Shown: positions 7,929 to 18,798, counted from the stretch's first letter. The stretch is 64,000 nucleotides of DNA from an uncultured Thermoplasmatales archaeon (GCA_964346655.1 CAYFVP010000134.1:44746-108745), one strand, 5' to 3'. Made by a program: numbers and translations. Notes: a model not told the origin generated them from the sequence alone.

Positions 7929-8192
7929 ATGATAGAAGTAAAAGATGATTGGTGCAAAGGTTGCAACATCTGTATTGATCGATGCCCACTAGATGCATTA
8001 GAAGAATCAGACAAATTAAATAAAAGAGGAGTGCGCCCTCCAAAATTAAAAGAAAAAAATGAATGCAACTACTGCAGACTCTGTGAGCTAATTTGTCCTG
8101 ACTTTGCAATTACTGTTATCCCTGATAAAGACAAGGAGAAAAAACTTGCTAAAAAAACCCTTCTTACACCTTTAGGGGGAAAAATAAAATGA
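7929..8192 (+). CDS. korD: 2-oxoacid:ferredoxin oxidoreductase delta (ferredoxin) subunit
   Basis: WCKGCNICIDRCP / CNYCRLCELICPDFAI; immediately upstream of the alpha subunit. Confidence 0.85.
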   Translation: MIEVKDDWCKGCNICIDRCPLDALEESDKLNKRGVRPPKLKEKNECNYCRLCELICPDFAITVIPDKDKEKKLAKKTLLTPLGGKIK

Positions 8193-9373
8193 AATATAAC
8201 CGAGATCCTAAAAGAATAAGAGAAGTTTTAGGTAAAAAAGTACAATTCATACTTGGAGATATGGCCTGTGTTTATGGGGGTCTACTTGCTGGATGTTCAT
8301 TTTTTGGAGGATATCCAATAACTCCTGCATCAGAGGTTGCAGAGGGTATGGCACGAAGACTTCCAAGAGTTGGTGGCACATATATTCAAATGGAAGATGA
8401 AATTGGTAGTATTGCAGCAGTTATTGGTGCGGCTTGGGGTGGAGCTAAATCAATGACTGCAACATCTGGACCAGGTTTTTCACTGATGATGGAAAACTAT
8501 GGTTTTGCGGCTATGACTGAAACACCTTGTGTAATAGTCAATGTTCAAAGAACTGGGCCTTCCACAGGACAGCCAACACTTGGTGCACAGGGAGATATGA
8601 TGCAGGTAAGATGGGGAACGCATGGTGATTTTGAAGCACTTGCTCTTGCACCTAGTACTGTTCAAGAATGTATGGATTTTACAATTGAAGCATTCAATCT
8701 CTCAGAAAAATATAGAAATCCTGCTTGTGTAATGACCGATGGTGAAATCGGACATCTTAGAGAACGCATTATTATTCCTGAAGAAAAAGATTTAAAACTT
8801 ATCGACAGAGTCGCTGCAACTATTGATAAAAAAAATTATATTCCTTTTACAAACTCTCAAACAAGAAAAAATTGTAAAATTCCAGATTTTGCAACTTTTG
8901 GAACTGGCTATCGAACATATGTTACAGGACTTACTCATAATGAAAAAGGTTTTCCTGCAACAGATAAACAGCCAGATCATGAAAGACTAGTTAAAAGAAT
9001 CACAGAAAAAATTACTGATGATGCTTATAAACTTGTAAGTGTAGAGAAATTAAACCTTGATGATGCAGATATTGTTTTTCTAACCTATGGTGCAACAGCA
9101 AGACCTGCTGAATCTGCCATGGAACTGGGGAGGAAAAATGGAATCAAAGCTGGTTTATTGCGACTTAAAATTGTTTGGCCATTCCCTTATAAATTAATTA
9201 CTAAACTTGCAAAGGATGTTGATAAAATAATTGTGCCAGAGATGAATCTAGGACAAATTGTTCATCCTGTAAAAGAATATGCATGCAAACATTGCGAGGT
9301 TGTATCAGCTCCAAAAATTGGTGGTGAGATGCATTTTCCAATGGAACTATACAAATATTTGGAGGGAAAATAA
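8189..9373 (+). CDS. korA: 2-oxoacid (likely 2-oxoglutarate):ferredoxin oxidoreductase alpha subunit
   Basis: YPITPASE, QMEDE, TATSGPGFSLM, QRTGPSTGQPT, EMNLGQ. Confidence 0.9.
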   Translation: MKYNRDPKRIREVLGKKVQFILGDMACVYGGLLAGCSFFGGYPITPASEVAEGMARRLPRVGGTYIQMEDEIGSIAAVIGAAWGGAKSMTATSGPGFSLMMENYGFAAMTETPCVIVNVQRTGPSTGQPTLGAQGDMMQVRWGTHGDFEALALAPSTVQECMDFTIEAFNLSEKYRNPACVMTDGEIGHLRERIIIPEEKDLKLIDRVAATIDKKNYIPFTNSQTRKNCKIPDFATFGTGYRTYVTGLTHNEKGFPATDKQPDHERLVKRITEKITDDAYKLVSVEKLNLDDADIVFLTYGATARPAESAMELGRKNGIKAGLLRLKIVWPFPYKLITKLAKDVDKIIVPEMNLGQIVHPVKEYACKHCEVVSAPKIGGEMHFPMELYKYLEGK

Positions 9374-10255
9374 ATGGTCGAAATAAAAACTGCCGATGAG
9401 TTAAATAAAAAATTCTTGCGTGAAGGCATGTGGCCAACAATTTTTTGTAACGGCTGTGGCCACGGTGTTGTTTTGGAGTACACATTCTGGGCTTTAGAAG
9501 AACTTGGCCTTGATATGGATAAGGTTATTTTTGCCTCAGGTATAGGATGCTCATCCAGACTTCCAGGATATATTAACGCTGATGGACTGCATACAACCCA
9601 TGGGAGGGCAATAGCGTTTGCTACAGGTATAAAAGCAGCTGATCCTGATTTTCATGTTATTGTTTTCACAGGTGATGGTGATTGTGCAGGAATTGGTGGC
9701 AATCATTTCATTCATGCAGCTAGAAGGAACATAGACATGACCGTTATTATGATTAACAATTTTATTTATGGAATGACTGGAGGACAACTTGCTCCAACTG
9801 CACCCCTTGGTAGTATAGCAACAACTGCTCCTTATGGAAATATCGAGCATCCATTTGATATTAGTAATCTTGCTTGTGCGCTTGGTGCTAATTACGTTGC
9901 ACGATGGGGTGTTTCTCATCCATATCAACCTATAAAATCAATTAAAGAGGGTATTCAAAAGAGAGGTTTTTCATTACTTGAGTTTCTTGCACCTTGTCCA
10001 ACTGCTTATGGTAGGCGTAATAAACTAGGAGACATCAAAAAACATTGGGCGTGGTATGATAATAATACGATCCTCAAAGAGGATTATGATAAAATTATGA
10101 AATATGGGACAGATGAAGAAAAAGATCAAGTAAAAGATAAGATTCAACTGGGTGTTTTCCAGGATATCGAAAAACCAGGATTTTTTGAGGCATATGAAAA
10201 ACTTGTAGAAAGATTAAAAGAAAAAGAAGCCAAAGCAAAGGAGGGGAAGAAATGA
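9374..10255 (+). CDS. korB: 2-oxoacid:ferredoxin oxidoreductase beta subunit
   Basis: FCNGCG, SGIGCS, HTTHGRA, GDGD..IGGNH, YGMTGGQ. Confidence 0.9.
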   Translation: MVEIKTADELNKKFLREGMWPTIFCNGCGHGVVLEYTFWALEELGLDMDKVIFASGIGCSSRLPGYINADGLHTTHGRAIAFATGIKAADPDFHVIVFTGDGDCAGIGGNHFIHAARRNIDMTVIMINNFIYGMTGGQLAPTAPLGSIATTAPYGNIEHPFDISNLACALGANYVARWGVSHPYQPIKSIKEGIQKRGFSLLEFLAPCPTAYGRRNKLGDIKKHWAWYDNNTILKEDYDKIMKYGTDEEKDQVKDKIQLGVFQDIEKPGFFEAYEKLVERLKEKEAKAKEGKK

Positions 10256-10794
10256 AAAAGGACATAAGAATCTGTGGTTTTGGTGGACAAGGAGTAATTC
10301 TTGCTGGTTTTATCATTGGAAAAGCTGCATCAGTTTTTATGGATTTTAATGCTGTTCAGAGTCAGTCTTATGGACCTGAAGCACGAGGTGGAGCGGCAAG
10401 ATCAGAAGTCATTGTTTCAGATGAAAAAATCGGATATCCTCGTCCTATTGGTGTTGATTGCCTTGTTGCAATGTCTCAGGAATCATTTGACTCATATCGA
10501 GATGATATCAGAGATGACACAGTAATTATTGTTGATCCAGATCTTGTTAAAAATCATGAAATCGGAAGACCCCTTTACAAAGTTCAAGCTTTAAAAATTG
10601 CTGAAGAACTTGGAAATAAAATTGTCACAAATATTGTTATGGTAGGGGCTTTTACAAGCATTTTTAATTTGTTAAAACCCGAGGCTGTAAAAGAATCTGT
10701 TATAGATAGTGTCCCTAAAAAATTTACAGATCTTAATATCAAGGCATTTGAAAGAGGATTTGAGGCAGGAAAAAATGCCCTTAAGAAGCTATAA
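10252..10794 (+). CDS. korC: 2-oxoacid:ferredoxin oxidoreductase gamma subunit
   Basis: GFGGQGVILAG, QSYGPEARGG. Confidence 0.9.
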   Translation: MKKDIRICGFGGQGVILAGFIIGKAASVFMDFNAVQSQSYGPEARGGAARSEVIVSDEKIGYPRPIGVDCLVAMSQESFDSYRDDIRDDTVIIVDPDLVKNHEIGRPLYKVQALKIAEELGNKIVTNIVMVGAFTSIFNLLKPEAVKESVIDSVPKKFTDLNIKAFERGFEAGKNALKKL

Positions 10795-13700
10795 TAAAAA
10801 AATAGATCATGATCTTGGTATCCCATTGCAGGATGATTATTTCTATGATGAGCCTGAAGAAATAATTGAAAATAAGGAGATGCCACAACTGGAAAGTGTA
10901 GCAAAACTAGCTGGGGAGTTGGCAAGGAAAGGTGAAAAACGAATAATAAATGCTGATGTCCTGGTTGTTGGGGCAGGTATTTCTGGAATGCAGGCAGCCC
11001 TTGATGTAGCTGATAAAGGTTACAAAGTAGTAATTATTGATAAAACCTCAACAATTGGTGGGGCAATGGTAAAACTTGATAAAACATTTCCGACAAATGA
11101 CTGTTCTATTTGCACTGCTGCTCCAAAAATGGTTGAACTTTCCCGTCATCCAAATATTAATTTGATTACTTATGCCGAAGTTAATTTTTTAGAAGGTAAA
11201 CCAGGTGATTTTAAGGTAAATGTTTGGCGTAAAAGTAAATATGTTGATCCAGACAAATGTACAGGATGTGATGATTGTGCTGAAGTATGTCCTGTTGAAG
11301 TTGTTAATGCTTTTGATGAAAAACTATCCACTCGTAAAGCAATTTATATAGAGTTTCCTCAGGCAGTACCAATTGTCTATACAATAGATTATGAAAATTG
11401 TATTGGCTGTGGATCATGTGATAGAGTTTGTGAACCTGAGGCAATATCATTTTTGGAAAAATCAGAAGAAATTGAGGTAAATGTTGGAAGTGTCATTGTT
11501 GCAACAGGTTTTGAGGTATTTGAGCCTACTGAGATGAGAAAAGAATATGGGTATGGAAAATATGAAAATGTTATAACAGCACTCCAATTTGAAAGATTAC
11601 TTTCTTCATTTGGTCCAACCGAGGGAAAGGTTTTTCGTACTTCAGATGGAAAAAAGCCAAAAAGTATTGGTTGGATTCAATGTGTAGGATCTAGAAGTGA
11701 ACAGCTTGGTTTTCCATATTGTTCAAGAGTTTGTTGCATGTATGCAACAAAAGAAGCATCCATTGCTAAAGAGGCCAACCCAGATATAGATATAACGATA
11801 TATTATATGGATATTCGAGCATATGGTAAGGACTTTCAGCAATATTATGATCATGCAAAAGATCTAGGTGTGAAATATGTTAGGGGAAGACCATCATCTG
11901 TTTATGAAAATCCTGATAAAAGTATCACTATTAAATATAAAGATACACTCACTGGAAAAATAGAAGAAAACACTGTGGACATGTTAGTATTATCAACTGC
12001 GATAATGCCAAATAAAGCAAATAAGAGACTTGGAGAAATTCTTGGAATAGAAGTAGATGAAAACGGTTTTTTCAAACAGGATTCTCTTCTTACTGATCCC
12101 ATTCAATCAACCAGAAAAGGTGTTTTCCTAGCTGGATGCATTCAGGGTCCAAAAGATATTCCTGATAGTGTTTCTATGGCAAGTGGAGCCGCAGCAAAAG
12201 CTGTTGCACCTATAAAAGATAGAGAAAGACATATTGGTAAGGAGTTTCCACCCGAGCGTGATGTTTCAAATGAGAAACCTCGTATTGGGGTGTTTGTATG
12301 TCACTGTGGTAAAAATATCGCAAATTACCTCGATGTAGAAAAGGTTACAGAAGAAACAAAGAAACTACCAAATGTTGAATACGTTGATCATTGGATGTTT
12401 GTTTGTTCTGAAGACAGCTGTAAAAAAATCAAAGAAATTGCTCAAGAAAAAGGGTTAAATAGAGTAATAGTTGCAGCATGTTCCCCTAGAACTCATGGAG
12501 GTCTCTTTCAGGATACTTTGATGGAGGCAGGCCTTAATAAATATCTTTTTGAGATGGCAAATATTAGAAATCATTGTTCTTGGGTTCATTCAGATGATTG
12601 GGATGCTGCAACAAAAAAAGCAATAGATTTGGTAAGATCTTCTGTTGCAAAAGCAAGACATCTTGAATCCCTCCCTGAAGAAGAATTCTCAATTTATCCT
12701 TGCACTTTAATTATTGGTGGTGGAGTATCTGGAATGAAGGCAGCACTTGCACTTGCAGATATGGGTATTAAATCAATTATTTTAGAAAAAGAATCAAAAC
12801 TTGGTGGCAGACTAAAAAATCTTCATTCAATGTTTCCGTCTGACACAAGATCTGAAGATATAATTAATCCTCTAATTAAGGATGTTACCAAAAATAAGCT
12901 AATAACTGTTATGACAAGTTCTGAACTTGACGCATTAGATGGCTACATTGGAAATTATAAAGGAAAAGTTAAACAAAAAGATAAGATAAAAGAAATTGAG
13001 TTTGGAACAATTATAGTTGCTACTGGTTTTAAAGAAATTGATCTAAAGGGTAAATATCAATATGGAAAAAATACAAATATTATAACTCAAACAGAACTTG
13101 AAACAAGCCTTAAAGAAAACAAACTAAAAGAACCCAAAAATGTTGTAGTTATAAACTGTGCAGGTGCAATGGATGAAGAACGCCCCTATTGCTGTAGAAT
13201 TGGTTGCGGCGTTTCAATAAAAAATGCAAAATTAATTTCTCAAAAGTTTCCCAAGTCAAAAATTTTCCTTTTATATCGTGATATGAGAGTTTTTGGAAAA
13301 GATGAAGAGGAGTATTATGCTGATGTTTTAAAAAATTATCATGTTACGACAATTAGATATCCAGGTAATAAAAAACCTGAGGTAATTCTGGATGATAAAA
13401 ATCCTAAAGATGGACCAATGCAGGTTAAGGTTTATGATGATATTTTAAATGAAGAAATGACACTTCCTGCTGATCTTATTGTTTTAACAGTTAACACAGA
13501 AGGAGCAGCTGATACTGAAAAACTAAAAAATATGTTAAAGGTTCCAGTTGATTCTGCTGGCTTCTTTATTGAAACCCATGCAAAAATCAAACCTCTCGAT
13601 TTCTCTACTTCTGGAGTTTATATGTGTGGTGCGGCACATTATCCAAAAAACCTTGTTGATTCAATTGCCCAAGCAGAGGGAGCTGCCTCTCGAGCCGCTA

Positions 13701-13993
13701 TTCCAATTGCACAGGAAAAAATGAAAGGTGAAGGCATTGTATCTGAAGTAATAGAAGATAAATGTAGGGGTTGTGGTACATGTGTATTAGCGTGTGCTTA
13801 CTCAGCAATTGATTTAGTTCCTCATTCCCGAGAATCCAGTCGAATGGTTGCAAAAGTAAATAGAGCTCTTTGTAAAGGCTGCGGTTCATGCGCAGCAGCA
13901 TGCCTAAATAGCGCAATTGAACAGAAAGGATACGATAGTAAGCAGATAAATGTGATGATTGCTGCTCTACTTGATTCGGAGGCTGGTAGATGA
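10775..13993 (+). CDS. hdrA: Large tandem HdrA-like flavoprotein (two FAD modules)
   Basis: VVGAGISG, LDKTFPTNDCSIC, inserted ferredoxin, YCSRVCCMY; then internal IGVFVCHCG domain, second IIGGGVSG module and C-terminal 2x4Fe-4S; ATG 10775 preferred start. Confidence 0.88.
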   Translation: MPLRSYNKKIDHDLGIPLQDDYFYDEPEEIIENKEMPQLESVAKLAGELARKGEKRIINADVLVVGAGISGMQAALDVADKGYKVVIIDKTSTIGGAMVKLDKTFPTNDCSICTAAPKMVELSRHPNINLITYAEVNFLEGKPGDFKVNVWRKSKYVDPDKCTGCDDCAEVCPVEVVNAFDEKLSTRKAIYIEFPQAVPIVYTIDYENCIGCGSCDRVCEPEAISFLEKSEEIEVNVGSVIVATGFEVFEPTEMRKEYGYGKYENVITALQFERLLSSFGPTEGKVFRTSDGKKPKSIGWIQCVGSRSEQLGFPYCSRVCCMYATKEASIAKEANPDIDITIYYMDIRAYGKDFQQYYDHAKDLGVKYVRGRPSSVYENPDKSITIKYKDTLTGKIEENTVDMLVLSTAIMPNKANKRLGEILGIEVDENGFFKQDSLLTDPIQSTRKGVFLAGCIQGPKDIPDSVSMASGAAAKAVAPIKDRERHIGKEFPPERDVSNEKPRIGVFVCHCGKNIANYLDVEKVTEETKKLPNVEYVDHWMFVCSEDSCKKIKEIAQEKGLNRVIVAACSPRTHGGLFQDTLMEAGLNKYLFEMANIRNHCSWVHSDDWDAATKKAIDLVRSSVAKARHLESLPEEEFSIYPCTLIIGGGVSGMKAALALADMGIKSIILEKESKLGGRLKNLHSMFPSDTRSEDIINPLIKDVTKNKLITVMTSSELDALDGYIGNYKGKVKQKDKIKEIEFGTIIVATGFKEIDLKGKYQYGKNTNIITQTELETSLKENKLKEPKNVVVINCAGAMDEERPYCCRIGCGVSIKNAKLISQKFPKSKIFLLYRDMRVFGKDEEEYYADVLKNYHVTTIRYPGNKKPEVILDDKNPKDGPMQVKVYDDILNEEMTLPADLIVLTVNTEGAADTEKLKNMLKVPVDSAGFFIETHAKIKPLDFSTSGVYMCGAAHYPKNLVDSIAQAEGAASRAAIPIAQEKMKGEGIVSEVIEDKCRGCGTCVLACAYSAIDLVPHSRESSRMVAKVNRALCKGCGSCAAACLNSAIEQKGYDSKQINVMIAALLDSEAGR

Positions 13994-14415
13994 ATAATGT
14001 AACTGAAAAGATCATTGATGTCAATTCCTTGAATCTTAAGAAAGGGGATCTTGTAAAAGAGGTTGAAGAGCTTTGTGGCGAAAATCTATTTGGTTGTTAT
14101 CAATGTGGAACATGCTCTGCAGGTTGTCCATTTGTTGATGATATGGATCTTTCACCTGATGAGGTTATTAGATATGTAATAATTGATAGAAAAGAAGTGC
14201 TTAATTCAAAGACAATTTGGTTGTGTGCATCATGTTATGCTTGTGCCGAACGATGTCCACGGGACATAAATATTACAAAAATAATGGAGTCATTAAGACA
14301 GATTATATTACGAAAAAACGTTGATAAAACTAAAATTGTAAACATACCTAAAGAGGAAAAAGAATCAATTCCTCAATTAGCATTTGTTTGTTTATTTAGA
14401 AAAAATGTTGGTTAG
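13990..14415 (+). CDS. hdrC: Heterodisulfide reductase subunit C
   Basis: CYQCGTCSAGCP, IWLCASCYACAERCPR. Confidence 0.9.
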   Translation: MNNVTEKIIDVNSLNLKKGDLVKEVEELCGENLFGCYQCGTCSAGCPFVDDMDLSPDEVIRYVIIDRKEVLNSKTIWLCASCYACAERCPRDINITKIMESLRQIILRKNVDKTKIVNIPKEEKESIPQLAFVCLFRKNVG

Positions 14416-14478
14416 GTTATATGAAAATATATATAAATATGTATGTAAAATGGAGGTAAAAAATACAAAGGTAATATC

Positions 14479-15360
14479 ATGAAACTCTTATATTATCCAG
14501 GTTGTACACTTAAGACATCTGCAAAAAATCTTGAGAAATCTGCATTTGCAATTGCTGAAACTCTAGGTCATGAAATGGAAGAGATGGAAGATTGGACATG
14601 TTGTGGGGTTGCAGCATCTCTTACAGATGATGATTTAATGCATCACTTGGCACCTCTCAGAAATCTAATTCATACAGAAGATTCGGGTGAAGAAAAAATT
14701 GTAACACTATGTGATATGTGTTGTAATACACTAAAACAAACAAATTTACGAATGAAAGAAAAGCCTGATGATTTAGAAACATTAAACTCTTTTATGGACC
14801 GAGAAAATGATTACAAGGGAACTGTAAAAATTCTTCACTTTCTTGAGTTTCTAAGAGATGAAGTAGGTTTTGATGTCATAAAAAAAATGGTGAAACATCC
14901 ATTAAAGGGAATGAAAATTATGCCTTATTATGGGTGTATGCTACTTCGTCCGAGAGAAGTTGCAATTGATGATGCAGAGGAACCCACAATTATGAAAGAT
15001 TTATTAACTGCACTTGGTGCCGATGTTATTGATAATCCATTCAAAATTGAATGCTGTGGATCATATCACACAATAGAAAATAAAAAAATTGTTTCTGGTA
15101 GAGCTTATAGAATTACTAAGTTTGCAATTGATAGAGGATGTGATGCAATAGTTCTTTCTTGTCCACTATGCAGATTCAATATAGATGTTCGAGGCAAAGA
15201 AGCAGAAAAGTTGTATAACAATTATAAACAGCTTCCCGTTTACTACTACACTCAGCTTATAGCTGTTGCATTGGGTTTGGATCCAAAATATTGCGCATTT
15301 GACGATCATACAGTTGATCCAATCCTATTATTAAAGAAAAAGGGGGTTTTTGAAAAATAA
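14479..15360 (+). CDS. hdrB: Heterodisulfide reductase subunit B
   Basis: YYPGC, WTCCG, CDMC, YYGC, ECCG, CPLC (two CCG domains). Confidence 0.92.
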   Translation: MKLLYYPGCTLKTSAKNLEKSAFAIAETLGHEMEEMEDWTCCGVAASLTDDDLMHHLAPLRNLIHTEDSGEEKIVTLCDMCCNTLKQTNLRMKEKPDDLETLNSFMDRENDYKGTVKILHFLEFLRDEVGFDVIKKMVKHPLKGMKIMPYYGCMLLRPREVAIDDAEEPTIMKDLLTALGADVIDNPFKIECCGSYHTIENKKIVSGRAYRITKFAIDRGCDAIVLSCPLCRFNIDVRGKEAEKLYNNYKQLPVYYYTQLIAVALGLDPKYCAFDDHTVDPILLLKKKGVFEK

Positions 15361-15400
15361 GAAGAGAATTTCTTAAAATTTAAAAGAGATGGTGAATTAT

Positions 15401-16414
15401 ATGAGTAAAGAAAACAAACAAAAGAAAAAAGAAGCCGGTAAAAACAAAAAACTTCAAGTAGCATTTTATTGGGCTGCTAGTTGTGGTGGTTGTGAGATAG
15501 CAGTTCTTGACATTGATGAGAAAATATTAGATGTAATAGCAGCTGCAGATATTCTGTTTTGGCCTGTTGCAATTGATACTAAATATAAAGATGTTGAAGC
15601 AATGAATGATAACCATATAGATGTCTGTTTCTTCAATGGCTCAATTAGAACTGAAGAACAAGAACATATCGCAAAATTACTTAGAAAGAAATCAAAAGTA
15701 CTTGTCGCATTTGGAGCATGTGCAGTAAATGGTGGAATCCCGGGTCTAGCAAATATTGCAAATAAAGAAGAAATTTTCAATATTGCATACTTAAACAATC
15801 CATCTACAAATAATCCTAAAAAGATTACTCCAAAAACATCTGTAAAAGTAAAGGAAGGAACACTTACCCTACCCGAATTTTATGATACAGTTCGAACACT
15901 TGATCAAACTGTTGATGTTGATTATTATTTACCAGGTTGCCCTCCCACTCCAGATTTGATAATGACTGCTGTTGGTGCTATTGTTGAAAACAAGTTACCT
16001 CCAAAAGGTAGTGTAATTGGGCCATTAAAATCGGTTTGTGACGAATGTCGATTTGAAAAATCTGAGAAGAAAATAAAGGAGATAAAACGAATATATGAGC
16101 TTGATAAATTTGAAGAAAAATGCCTTTTAGAACAAGGTGTTATTTGTTTGGGTCCTGCCACAAGAGGAAGTTGTGAGGCACGTTGTCTTAATGCCAATAT
16201 GCCATGTACTGGTTGTGGAGGTCCAACACCCAATTCAATTGATCAAGGGGCTAAGATGATTTCTGCTCTAGCATCAATTCTTGGAATCGAAGGAGAAGAA
16301 AATATGAGTGATGAGGAGGTAGAAAAATTGATAAATCAAGTGGTAGACCCAGTTGGAACGTTTTATAAATATGGTCTGCCAAATGCTTTAATAAATAGGA
16401 AGGTGATGAAATGA
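15401..16414 (+). CDS. mvhG: Group 3c [NiFe]-hydrogenase small subunit
   Basis: ASCGGC, FGACA, PGCPP, SVCDEC, CLGPAT, CTGCGGP; GGTGA RBS before ATG 15401. Confidence 0.9.
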   Translation: MSKENKQKKKEAGKNKKLQVAFYWAASCGGCEIAVLDIDEKILDVIAAADILFWPVAIDTKYKDVEAMNDNHIDVCFFNGSIRTEEQEHIAKLLRKKSKVLVAFGACAVNGGIPGLANIANKEEIFNIAYLNNPSTNNPKKITPKTSVKVKEGTLTLPEFYDTVRTLDQTVDVDYYLPGCPPTPDLIMTAVGAIVENKLPPKGSVIGPLKSVCDECRFEKSEKKIKEIKRIYELDKFEEKCLLEQGVICLGPATRGSCEARCLNANMPCTGCGGPTPNSIDQGAKMISALASILGIEGEENMSDEEVEKLINQVVDPVGTFYKYGLPNALINRKVMK

Positions 16415-17871
16415 AAACTGTTACAATTGATCCAATAACTAGACTAGAAGGGCATGGAAAAATAAGCATTTTTTTAGATAATAAAGGTGATGTAGACAAT
16501 GCTTATCTTCAGATTCCTGAATTAAGAGGTTTTGAACGTTTTGCACAGGGAAGACGTGCAGAAGATATGCCGCAAATTACTAGCCGTATATGTGGTGTAT
16601 GTCCAGTTGCTCATCATTTTGCATCAACAAAAGCTCTTGATGCTGCATTTAATGTTGAACCAACATCTGCTGCAAAAAAACTCAGAGAACTAATGTACTC
16701 GGGTTATTATATCTATGATCACACATTACATTTTTATTACCTAGGAGGTCCTGATTTTGTAGTCGGACCAGACGCACCACCTGCAAAAAGAAACGTGATA
16801 GGAGTGATAGAAAAAGCAGGTGTTGATATTGGAAAAGAGGTAATAAAACATCGAGCATATGGTCAGAAAATCACAGCGATTCTTGGGGGAAAAGCAACCC
16901 ATCCTGTTTGTGGGCTACCTGGTGGTGTATCAAAAGGTCTTAACAAAGATGAAGTAAAAGAAATTGAAAAAATGGTGAAATCCTGTATCGATTTTGCTAA
17001 ATTTACTTTAAAACTTTTTGATGATATTGTTCTCCAGAACAAGAATTATGTAAATGTTATACTAAGTGATCCTTATCAATTAGCAACCTACAACATGGGT
17101 CTAGTTGATAAAAACAACAAAGTAAATTTCTATGATGGAAAAATACGCGTGACAGACCAAAAAGGTAAGGAAAAAGTAAAGTTCGATGTTAAAGATTATA
17201 CAAAACATATCGCTGAACATGTTGAAGAATGGACTTATATAAAATTCCCCTACCTTAAAAGCGTGGGATGGAACGGCTTTAAAGATGGGAAAGAAAGCGG
17301 GATTTATCGAGTCGGACCTCTAGGGCGGCTAAATGCGGCAGAAGGTATGGCGACACCTCAAGCTGACCAAGAATATAAGAAAATGTTTGAAACACTTGGT
17401 GGTAAATCAGTTAATTCCACTCTTGCATTCCACTGGGCAAGACTAATTGAACTTTTATATGCCACAGAGAGAACAATGGAACTTATTAAAGATCCTGAAA
17501 TAACCTCTACAAAAATTAGAAACCCTGTTGGTGAACCTGGAGAGGGAATTGGTGTAACTGAAGCTGCACGTGGAACATTAATTCATCATTATAAATTAAC
17601 AAAAGACGGGCTTATTGATAAAGCAAATCTAATTGTTGCAACAACAAACAACTCTGGTGCAATAAATATGTCCATTCGCAATGCCGCAAAGGGATTAATC
17701 AAAGGGGGGAATGTTAATAATGCAACCTTAAACATGGTTGAAATGGCATTTAGAGCATATGATCCATGTTTTGCATGTGCCACACATACCCTACCTGGCG
17801 GTATGCCACTAGAAGTAAATATTTATGATCACAATAAAAAACTATACAAAAAACTGACACAAAATCTATAG
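16411..17871 (+). CDS. mvhA: Group 3c [NiFe]-hydrogenase large subunit
   Basis: TRLEGH, RICGVC (L1), YDPCFACATH (L2) plus a cleavable C-terminal extension. Confidence 0.93.
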   Translation: MKTVTIDPITRLEGHGKISIFLDNKGDVDNAYLQIPELRGFERFAQGRRAEDMPQITSRICGVCPVAHHFASTKALDAAFNVEPTSAAKKLRELMYSGYYIYDHTLHFYYLGGPDFVVGPDAPPAKRNVIGVIEKAGVDIGKEVIKHRAYGQKITAILGGKATHPVCGLPGGVSKGLNKDEVKEIEKMVKSCIDFAKFTLKLFDDIVLQNKNYVNVILSDPYQLATYNMGLVDKNNKVNFYDGKIRVTDQKGKEKVKFDVKDYTKHIAEHVEEWTYIKFPYLKSVGWNGFKDGKESGIYRVGPLGRLNAAEGMATPQADQEYKKMFETLGGKSVNSTLAFHWARLIELLYATERTMELIKDPEITSTKIRNPVGEPGEGIGVTEAARGTLIHHYKLTKDGLIDKANLIVATTNNSGAINMSIRNAAKGLIKGGNVNNATLNMVEMAFRAYDPCFACATHTLPGGMPLEVNIYDHNKKLYKKLTQNL

Positions 17872-17885
17872 AGGCATAAAAGAAA

Positions 17886-18368
17886 ATGAGAATAATAGTA
17901 CTTGGCGTTGGAAATCTCATCCTTAGTGATGATGGAGTGGGAGTTCATGTTATAAATGAGCTCAAAAAGCAAATAAAACATCCTAATGTCGACCTTGAAG
18001 AAGCAATAACAGGTGGAATGAACCTGCTTGACCTACTATTGGGCTATGACAAAGCAATAATTATTGATGCAGTGAAATCTGAAAATAGCAAAAATGGAGA
18101 AGTTAAACGAATCCCAATTGGTGATTTCAATACAATGCACTCCTGTAATCCTCACGATGTATCTCTTATCGAGGCTATTGATATGGCAAAAAAATTGGGG
18201 GAAAAAAGAATTCCCAAGGAAATTGTAATAATTGGAATAATGATGGAAAAAATTCCATGTGAATTTGGAGAAAATCTAAGTGAAAATATTGCTGCGGCTG
18301 TTCCAGAAGCAGTAAAATTAACACTTGATGAAATTGGAAAAGATATAAAAATTTTCATTTTGAGGTGA
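17886..18368 (+). CDS. Hydrogenase maturation protease
   Basis: GVGNLILSDDGVG, IIIDAV, H-D motif; follows mvhA. Confidence 0.92.
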   Translation: MRIIVLGVGNLILSDDGVGVHVINELKKQIKHPNVDLEEAITGGMNLLDLLLGYDKAIIIDAVKSENSKNGEVKRIPIGDFNTMHSCNPHDVSLIEAIDMAKKLGEKRIPKEIVIIGIMMEKIPCEFGENLSENIAAAVPEAVKLTLDEIGKDIKIFILR

Positions 18369-18375
18369 AAAAAAG

Positions 18376-18798
18376 ATGGCAAAAGATTTCGAACCAAACA
18401 TAATTGGTTTTTTATGCAACTGGTGCTCATATGCTGGAGCTGATCTTGCTGGAACTAGTAGAATAAAATATCCTCCGAATATAAAATCAATTAGAGTAAT
18501 GTGTTCGGGTAGAGTTGATCCTGTTTTTATTCTTGAAGCATTAAAAAAAGGTGCAGATGGAGTGTTAGTTGCAGGATGTCATCCTGGCGACTGCCATTAT
18601 CAATCTGGTAATTATAAAACAAATAGAAGAATAAAACTTCTGAAAAAACTCTTGGATGAACTTGCAATTGATGCTAGTAGAATTAGATTCGAGTATGTTT
18701 CTGCATCTGAAGGTCAAAAATTTGCTCAGATAGTTACAGAATTTGTTGATGATCTTAAAAAATTGGGTCCAAACCCATTAAAAGAAGTGAAAACATGA
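18376..18798 (+). CDS. mvhD: MvhD [2Fe-2S] adaptor subunit
   Basis: FLCNWCSYAGAD, VMCSGRV, GCHPGDCHY. Confidence 0.93.
   Translation: MAKDFEPNIIGFLCNWCSYAGADLAGTSRIKYPPNIKSIRVMCSGRVDPVFILEALKKGADGVLVAGCHPGDCHYQSGNYKTNRRIKLLKKLLDELAIDASRIRFEYVSASEGQKFAQIVTEFVDDLKKLGPNPLKEVKT

Noticed and set aside
10709..10774. GTG start extending hdrA 86 nt into korC
   Set aside because: ATG 10775 with a purine-rich RBS gives a more usual short overlap.
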